From assembly GCA_037147455.1 (NCBI GenBank), contig JBAWVC010000001.1, forward strand, positions 1 to 40,720: DNA of 40,720 nucleotides, in the 5' to 3' direction. Origin of the DNA: Verrucomicrobiota bacterium. Lineage in GTDB: Bacteria; Verrucomicrobiota; Verrucomicrobiia; Chthoniobacterales; Terrimicrobiaceae. Below the pieces are notes generated by a model. That model was not told where the DNA came from. It ran no database searches and saw only the letters and a program-made list of their open reading frames with translations. Both the position numbers and the translations under genes were made by a program. Shown piece by piece: positions 35,149 to 40,720 of the stretch (within the stretch, counting starts at the first letter, position 1; each line of letters starts with the position of its first letter).

Positions 35149-36264
35149 ATGTCGTTTTCAGAAATATTTAACCGGTCCCTGACAGAAAAACCCCGTGCCG
35201 TGCGGGCATTTGAAGCTTTGCTTGGGCCGATGGACAAGCGTGGGCTGGGGGAGCTTGCGGCCGAGGCCGCAGCCCTGACGAGACGGCATTTTGGCCGGAC
35301 GATGCGGCTGTTTGCGCCGCTTTACCTCTCGAACGAGTGCATCAATTCCTGCGCCTACTGCGGGTTTTCGCGCGAGAACGCGATCCAGCGGGTGACGCTC
35401 GAGATCGACCAGGTCGAGGCCGAGGCGAGGCACCTGGCGGCCGAGGGGTTCCGGAATATTCTGCTCGTGGCCGGCGAGCATCCGAAATTCGTGAGCGGCG
35501 GGTATCTGGAAGGGTGTGTCGCGCGTCTGCGAGGTTTTGTTCCCGGCCTCTCAATCGAGGTGGCGCCGATGGAGAGCGAGGCCTACCGGCCGATGGTGGC
35601 CGCCGGAGCCGAAGGGCTGGTGGTTTACCAGGAAACGTATCATCGGGAGACCTATGGGAAAATGCACCTTCACGGGCCGAAAAAAGATTTTGACTGGCGG
35701 CTGGACACGGCGGAACGGGGGCACGAAGCGGGGTTCCGCAGAGTTGGGATCGGGGCGCTCTTCGGGCTCTGGCACTGGCGGGAGGAGGCCGTGGCGCTGG
35801 CAACTCACCTGGAATATCTGCAGCGCGCCTGCTGGCGCTCGCAGATTACGGTGAGCCTTCCGAGGCTGCGTCCGGCCGCTGGCGAGTTCGCGCCGTTGCA
35901 CCCGTTGCCCGACCGGGAGTTCATCCAGCTTCTCTGCGCGTTGAGGGTGACATTTCCCACCGCAGGCATCGTGCTGAGCACTCGCGAATCCCAGGCCTTG
36001 CGGGATGTCGTGGCACCGCTCGGCGTGACCATGATGAGCGCGGGCAGCCTCACGGAGCCCGGCGGCTATACCGGGCAGGGGCGCGAAGCCCTTCACCTGA
36101 CTGTCGGGGGGAAGCCGTTGGATGGAACCGGTGGAGCGGCGGCCGCTGAGCAATTCGCGATTGCCGACGACCGGGACGCGCGCACCATGGAAAAGACGCT
36201 TGCCCGAATGGGTTTGGAGCCGGTGTGGAAAGACTGGGATGCGGGCATCCTTGGGGCGGCATGA
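35149..36264 (+). CDS. thiH: 2-iminoacetate synthase ThiH (radical SAM tyrosine lyase)
   Basis: Radical-SAM motif CINSCAYCGF and ThiH-like length. Start is ATG 35149 or TTG 35140. Confidence 0.8.
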   Translation: MSFSEIFNRSLTEKPRAVRAFEALLGPMDKRGLGELAAEAAALTRRHFGRTMRLFAPLYLSNECINSCAYCGFSRENAIQRVTLEIDQVEAEARHLAAEGFRNILLVAGEHPKFVSGGYLEGCVARLRGFVPGLSIEVAPMESEAYRPMVAAGAEGLVVYQETYHRETYGKMHLHGPKKDFDWRLDTAERGHEAGFRRVGIGALFGLWHWREEAVALATHLEYLQRACWRSQITVSLPRLRPAAGEFAPLHPLPDREFIQLLCALRVTFPTAGIVLSTRESQALRDVVAPLGVTMMSAGSLTEPGGYTGQGREALHLTVGGKPLDGTGGAAAAEQFAIADDRDARTMEKTLARMGLEPVWKDWDAGILGAA

Positions 36265-36461
36265 AGACACTGACTATCAATGGGGAGGAACGGCTATCAG
36301 GTGCCACTACCGTTGCCGGAATGGTGAAAGAGATGGGGTTGCCTGCGCCGCTGGTGCTAATCGAGCACAACGGGCTGGCCCTGCGGAAGTCGGAGTGGGA
36401 AAGCACCGCTATCCGCGACGGAGACCGGATCGAAATCCTGCGGGTTTCGGCCGGCGGGTGA
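36261..36461 (+). CDS. thiS: sulfur carrier protein ThiS
   Basis: 66 aa, MKTLTINGEE...ILRVSAGG with a C-terminal GG. ATGA overlap with the thiH stop. Confidence 0.8.
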   Translation: MKTLTINGEERLSGATTVAGMVKEMGLPAPLVLIEHNGLALRKSEWESTAIRDGDRIEILRVSAGG

Positions 36462-36532
36462 GCCGGTCATCAGGCATCCTGACGCCATCTGGAATATGGG
36501 ACGGCACGGCGGCCTTCCCTCCGGCCCGTTTC

Positions 36533-37810
36533 CTACAGCGAGGCGGCCGTACGGGTTTTATTTTCCCAGCGGGTCAGAAGGTGGATGACCACATTGGTTC
36601 CAAACTTGTAGGTATTGTTCAGGGATTCGGGCGTGATGTTGCGCAGGTAGATCGCCCGGTTGTTGAAGATCACGTCGTTGATGGCGACATACTGGTTCTT
36701 TTCGTTTCTCCGGGTATCGATCTGCCCTTGTTCATTGAGGCCGATCTGCCACATGTCGCCGTAGTCGTTCGCGGTGTAAATGATGGCCACCTCGCCGTAA
36801 ATTTTCAGCGCAAAGATCGGCTCTCGGTAAAAGTTCAATCCCGGTGGGACTTCCTTGATTTCCGGGTAGTATGCCTGGCTGGTGTAGATCGGGTGGTTGA
36901 GGGGTAGCGTCTCCCAGTCCTTGTCCACATCGGGGATCACCCGCTTCATCTCCCTCCGGAACGCGATGTCGAAGCGGGAGTTTCTCCCGGGGACCGAGCT
37001 GTCGCCCCAGACCGCGCCTCCGAGGCGGATATATTTCTGGAGGTTGTCCACTTCGAGCTGGCTGAGCTTGAAGTCGCGGGTGCCGGTCATAAACACAAAC
37101 GGCGGCTTGACGGAAAATAGTTTGCACTGGTTCTCCGCGACGTTCAGGTCGATGGCCTCGACATTTTGATAGTTGGTCTTGACCTTGTTTTTCGAGCGGG
37201 TGCTCATGAAGTCGAGCAGGTTCGGGAGGCTGCCGTTCCAGATCTTGTTATTGGCGATCTGGATCGTCGAGTTCCAGTTGCCGCCGCTGTATTTTCCGAT
37301 GTAGGCGGTGAACTCGAATTCCCGGTTCCGGGTGCCCGTCCCGCTTCCGGAGCCTTTGCCCCAGCCGCCGGTGAAGGCTTTGATGGCGGACGCCTGGGCG
37401 CCGGTCAGACCATCGGCGCTGGCGGTGGGTTTGGGGGCGCTGATTTCCGTTGTCGGAGTCGTGGGGTTCACCGGGGTGATGATCATCGGCGCCATGCTGA
37501 AGTTCACGGGCGACGGGGCGACCGTGGTGATGGTGTTCACCGGGTTGGACGTGGGGGTCACGGTGATGTTCGGCGTCGTTGGAACCGGCGGGGTGTCCTG
37601 TGGGGGAGGGGTCGTCGCCGAGGCGTCACCGCTGGTAAAGCCGCCTGCTTCCCCCTCGAAATCCGGCGGCTCCTGGACCGCCTGGAAGAGCACGGTTGTC
37701 CCGAAAATCGCCACGAGGATGACGTGCAGGACAAAGGAAATCGTGAAGTCCCGGGAGTTGCTGAATTTGTCGATCAGTTTCTGGAGGGTGGGATTCTTTG
37801 AGGACGCCAT
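36533..37810 (-). CDS. DUF4159 domain membrane protein with a Pro/Thr-rich linker
   Basis: 425 aa. An N-terminal TM helix and a PT-rich low-complexity region are followed by a C-terminal DUF4159-like region (PPFVFMTGTRDFKLSQLEVDNLQKYIRLGGAVWGD...LPLNHPIY). Confidence 0.6.
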   Translation of the reverse strand: MASSKNPTLQKLIDKFSNSRDFTISFVLHVILVAIFGTTVLFQAVQEPPDFEGEAGGFTSGDASATTPPPQDTPPVPTTPNITVTPTSNPVNTITTVAPSPVNFSMAPMIITPVNPTTPTTEISAPKPTASADGLTGAQASAIKAFTGGWGKGSGSGTGTRNREFEFTAYIGKYSGGNWNSTIQIANNKIWNGSLPNLLDFMSTRSKNKVKTNYQNVEAIDLNVAENQCKLFSVKPPFVFMTGTRDFKLSQLEVDNLQKYIRLGGAVWGDSSVPGRNSRFDIAFRREMKRVIPDVDKDWETLPLNHPIYTSQAYYPEIKEVPPGLNFYREPIFALKIYGEVAIIYTANDYGDMWQIGLNEQGQIDTRRNEKNQYVAINDVIFNNRAIYLRNITPESLNNTYKFGTNVVIHLLTRWENKTRTAASL

Positions 37811-37932
37811 GATTCGACATTAAAACATCCCTTCTTGCGGCGCGAGAAAAATTCTCGACGGACAAAGGCGCCCCCCTGCCAGAGAAGGCGGCTCGGAACG
37901 ACTATGATATTGTTGCGCCATCACAAGCCCCC

Positions 37933-37941
37933 GGCTTTGCC
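37933..37941. repeat. target-site duplication GGCTTTGCC (left copy)
   Basis: Identical 9-mer directly abutting each IS end (37933-37941 and 39054-39062). Confidence 0.8.
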
Positions 37942-38091
37942 CTGACGAGCATACACATTTTTCTGGCTCGTGATGCGATGGCAATCGGGCACATAAAGGC
38001 GAATTCATCGCCGCACTTATGCTCGCAGTGATTGAGTCGGAGCTGGTCGGCTCCCGAGAAGGACCGCAGCGGGGCACCGGCGAGTGGCTTT

Positions 38092-38742
38092 TTAGAGCCG
38101 TCCGAGGGCCTGCCCCATTTCCACGTAACAACGCAGCTTCTCCATTCCTCTCCAGAGACACTCTGGGCCTGGCGAAGGATCGTTTTTGCGTCCCATGTGC
38201 CCGCCCATCTTTCCTGCCATGCCGACCATCTGCGCCAGAGTTGGAGGGCCAGTGTCAGGTGGTCGACCTTGGATCAAACATGCGGCCTGCCATTCAGCGG
38301 AGGCAAAAAAGATCGAGCAGCACAGGTCGGGTTGTGCGCGCCTGAAGTCTCGCAAATAGAGTATCTTCCAGGCCACGATCAAGTAGAGAGCCGCGGCGGG
38401 AAGCAGGGAGGCACTCGTGCGTAAGTTGATCTGCTCCACGCGGCAGCCGCTTTTGAGGATGCGATGAAGCTCCTCGACGAGCCAGCGATTAGCGTAGGCG
38501 CGAATGACGCGCCGGGCCTGCGAGAAAGTTTCCGCAGGCAGGCTCGTAAGCAGGAACCACTCGATGGGTTCATGGCCCTGGGGAGGGTCGATTTCCAATA
38601 CGCACACCGCCCACAGTTCCACGGGAGGAAGTTTTCCGCCGTGTTTGCGCTGGGTGGGCTTCAGTCTGACTTTGGTGGAACGCACCTGCAACGTGGCCTT
38701 GCGGCCCAACCGATGAATCGATCCCTGTCGGCCAGCTTCCAT
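38092..38742 (-). pseudogene. Tn5-type DDE transposase, C-terminal ~200 aa only
   Basis: GRKATLQVRSTKVRL...EPIEWFLLTSLP...YANRWLVEELHRILKSGCRVE...LWRGMEKL aligns from memory with Tn5 Tnp from about residue 300 to the end (ARKASLSLRSGRITL...PLKWLLLTSEP...YTHRWRIEEFHKAWKTGAGAE). The N-terminal two thirds, including the first two DDE residues, are absent. Confidence 0.8.
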
Positions 38743-38927
38743 GCAGCCGCGCCAAATCCCAACAGAGCCAGTTGCCGCCCATCATCCCCGCGCACGAAGT
38801 AGCGCAACTGGGCGCCGGACATCGGCGTGTAACCCAGATAGTGATAGCGTTGGATCAACTCGTTCCAGAGACGAGACTCCGCGGTGCGCCCTTCAACGCG
38901 CTCAAAGGACAAGGGGGCCAGCCCCAA
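38661..38927 (-). pseudogene. DUF4338-like fragment (family of Druantia DruA) inside the IS
   Basis: RLWNELIQRYHYLGYTPMSGAQLRYFVRGDDGRQLALLGFGAAAWKLADRDRFIGW matches my memory of the DUF4338 core. An in-frame stop lies upstream at 38970-38972. Similarity ends abruptly at about 38706, where the transposase fragment begins in another frame. Confidence 0.45.
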
Positions 38928-39053
38928 AGGGCTTGCCGCACAATAACGGTGGAATATCTGCGTTCTGGATCATGACGCTGGGTCTGCCAGAACTCTTGAT
39001 CGCTCATCGTGTCTGTGTTCAGAACGAAATCAAAAAATGTGTATACTCGTCAG

Positions 39054-39062
39054 GGCTTTGCC
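39054..39062. repeat. target-site duplication GGCTTTGCC (right copy)
   Basis: See left copy. Removing the IS plus one copy restores the hairpin CCCCCGG-CTTTG-CCGGGGG. Confidence 0.8.
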
Positions 39063-39090
39063 GGGGGTCTTTGACTCATCTCTTTCTTTT

Positions 39091-39130
39091 CTTGTGCATT
39101 CTTGTGCCTCTTTGTGGCTGTTTGAACCGG
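39091..39130. repeat. four degenerate tandem 10-mers (CTTGTGCATT CTTGTGCCTC TTTGTGGCTG TTTGAACCGG)
   Basis: 10-bp periodicity with a conserved YTTGTG core, directly upstream of the REP-like hairpins. Confidence 0.7.
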
Positions 39131-39176
39131 TTTTTCCAGGGTGATGAAACCGGTTCACAGGCTGGAAAGCCTGTGC
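39124..39176. repeat. REP-like double hairpin, second copy of the family seen at 17712-17763
   Basis: Hairpin GAACCGGTTT/AAACCGGTTC (39124-39156, 13-nt loop), followed immediately by CACAGGCTGGAAAGCCTGTG (39157-39176), which is identical to 17744-17763. Confidence 0.8.
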
Positions 39177-39346
39177 CACTTTGCAGCTTTCGGGGAGGCA
39201 GCTTTCGTCAGCAGATCTCACGATTCCGAGAAACCGCGGCGCGGAGCGTTCCGGGGAGTGCGCCCGTCCCGGGTGCGGGTTTCGGCGTCCCGCCGAAACA
39301 GGCTTCCCTTCACAAACGCACTTTCCAAGAGACACCCTTCCGGCAG

Positions 39347-40720
39347 CTACGCGAGGCGGGATTTTGCGTCGGCGTCGAGGGCTTCCCACAGGCTGGCGAG
39401 CCCGGCTGCGACGCCGGCTTTGGCTTCGGCCAGTTGGGCGGATGAAAACCGTGACCTTTCGGCGGGCTTTCTGGCGGCGAACATGTAGTATTTGATTTTT
39501 GGCTCGGTGCCCGACGGGCGGACCGCGATTTTCCGTCCGTCCGCGAGGGTGATCATGAGCATGGCCTCCGGCGGGATGCGGTCGCCCTCGATGTCGCGGA
39601 TGGTATCCTTCGCAAAATTGACGTGAGAGACGACTTTCGAGCCATCGATTTCGACCGGCGGCCTGGCGGCATACGAGTCTACGAGCTTGTTGATTTGGGC
39701 CGCACCTTCGGCGCCGTCCATCGTGAGCGATTCGCCGCGCTCGAGGTAAACGCCGAACTCCGAGAAGATCTCATCGAGAAGTTCCGGGAGCGTGAGCTTG
39801 CGGGACTTCGCGTAGGCGGCCGCCTCGGCGATGAGGACGGCGGCGCTGTTGCCGTCCTTGTCGCGCACGAAGTCCGAGGCGCTGTATCCGTAGCTTTCCT
39901 CGCCGCCGAAGATGTAGAGCGTCGAGAATTTCAGGCGGAGGTCGCGGGTTTCCTTCTCGGATAGTTTGACGTAGTTGGCGCGGAGGTTCTCCGGGATCGC
40001 CGCCTCGTATTTCCCGAGCTTTTCGCCGATGTATTTGAACCCGGTGAGGGTTTCGACGCAGCGGATGCCGAACTTGTCCGCGATCGCTTTTTGGAGGTCG
40101 GTGGTGACGAACGTTTTGATGATCGCGGCATTCTTGCGGTTGCCCTCGTTGAGGATTCCGAGCTCGAAGAATTTGCTCGCGCGATACCAGGCGAGGATCG
40201 AGCCGATCTGGTTGCCGGTGAGGAGCTGCATCTTCCCTGCGGCATCGCGGGCGGCGATCCCCATCCGGTCGTCATCCGGGTCGGTCGCGATGACGAGGTC
40301 GGCATCGGTCGCCTCCGCCTGCGCGATCGCCATCTTGAGCGCCTCGGCATTTTCCGGGTTGGGGGATTTGACGGTCGGAAACCGGCCGTCCTGGACCTCC
40401 TGTTCGGCGACGCCTTCGCATTGGAATCCGAGCCGCCGGAGCATCGGTTTGATGATGACCGCGCCGACGCCGTGGAGAGGAGTGTAAACGATCTTCAGCG
40501 AGTTCTCGCGCTTGATCAGTTCGGGATCCAGGGGAAGCGTGGCGAGGCGGTCCATGTAGGCTTCGTCGATTTCCGTCCCCATCGGGATCACGCGGCCGCG
40601 GTCGGCGTCCGGCGTGTAGGATTCGGATTCGATGGCGTTGACCCTGTCGATGATCGCGGAGGCATGCGGCTCGACGACCTGGCATCCGTCCTCGAAATAG
40701 ACTTTGTAGCCGTTGTATTG
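39347..40720 (-). CDS. alpha-D-phosphohexomutase (phosphoglucomutase/phosphomannomutase family), 5' end outside the window
   Basis: Motifs GGEESYGY and VRPSGTEPKIKYY. The frame stays open from 40591 to the window edge and there encodes QYNGYKVYFEDGCQVVEPHASAIIDRV, typical of domain I/II of these mutases. Confidence 0.85.
   Translation of the reverse strand, partial: QYNGYKVYFEDGCQVVEPHASAIIDRVNAIESESYTPDADRGRVIPMGTEIDEAYMDRLATLPLDPELIKRENSLKIVYTPLHGVGAVIIKPMLRRLGFQCEGVAEQEVQDGRFPTVKSPNPENAEALKMAIAQAEATDADLVIATDPDDDRMGIAARDAAGKMQLLTGNQIGSILAWYRASKFFELGILNEGNRKNAAIIKTFVTTDLQKAIADKFGIRCVETLTGFKYIGEKLGKYEAAIPENLRANYVKLSEKETRDLRLKFSTLYIFGGEESYGYSASDFVRDKDGNSAAVLIAEAAAYAKSRKLTLPELLDEIFSEFGVYLERGESLTMDGAEGAAQINKLVDSYAARPPVEIDGSKVVSHVNFAKDTIRDIEGDRIPPEAMLMITLADGRKIAVRPSGTEPKIKYYMFAARKPAERSRFSSAQLAEAKAGVAAGLASLWEALDADAKSRLA

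Larger units (their letters stand above)
37942..39053 (-). mobile_element. internally deleted IS4-family (Tn5/IS50-like) insertion sequence
   Basis: Terminal inverted repeats: CTGACGAGCATACACATTTTTCTGG (37942-37966) versus the reverse complement of 39029-39053, CTGACGAGTATACACATTTTTTGAT. The first 21 nt are identical at 20 positions. The ends resemble the Tn5 outside end CTGACTCTTATACACAAGT. Has a 9-bp TSD. Only 1112 bp, with fragmentary coding content. Confidence 0.8.

Noticed and set aside
1-40720. CRISPR arrays, rRNA, tmRNA, RNase P or SRP RNA signatures.
   Set aside because: I saw no regularly spaced direct repeats of CRISPR size and none of the conserved core strings by eye. A covariance-model scan would be needed to exclude small RNAs.

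Overview
High-GC bacterial chromosomal segment. The gene content (a SWIB-domain gene, DUF4159, REP-like CACAGGCTGGAAAGCCTGTG hairpins) suggests a Verrucomicrobia/PVC-type organism, but that is only a guess. Most of the window is ordinary housekeeping DNA: bioB, rpiB, tRNA-Pro, the yceD-rpmF-plsX-fabH cluster, comEC, yciH, a ROK kinase, dnaN, an AzgA-type permease, two tandem pilT-type ATPases, a DAACS transporter, hflX, a GH78-like hydrolase, an ADP-ribosylglycohydrolase-like gene, dgoK, tRNA-Tyr, cyclophilin, parvulin, thiH-thiS, DUF4159 and a partial phosphohexomutase. I found no convincing intact novel multi-gene system and no CRISPR array.

The irregular parts are:
1. A 1112-bp internally deleted Tn5/IS50-like IS (37942-39053). 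It has near-identical terminal inverted repeats and an intact 9-bp target duplication, sits in the loop of a GC hairpin, and carries a DUF4338-like (DruA-family-like) fragment joined to a transposase C-terminus.
2. A low-GC segment on the 3' flank of tRNA-Tyr (about 30519-32107). It holds a translationally coupled sigma-like-HTH remnant / PIN toxin / HicB-type antitoxin module, a 26-codon hydrophobic ORF with its own terminator, and tandem 10-mers.
3. A rearrangement scar (about 23940-24630) with a 5'-truncated SWIB gene and a 3'-truncated GPH transporter gene.
4. An N-terminal frame disruption in the ADP-ribosylglycohydrolase-like gene, coinciding with a 10-nt direct repeat.
5. A perfect 23-bp inverted repeat between fabH and comEC.
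6. A REP-like double-hairpin family present at two loci.

Protein family calls come from remembered motifs, not searches. Coordinates not taken from the ORF track were hand-counted and may be off by 1-2 nt.
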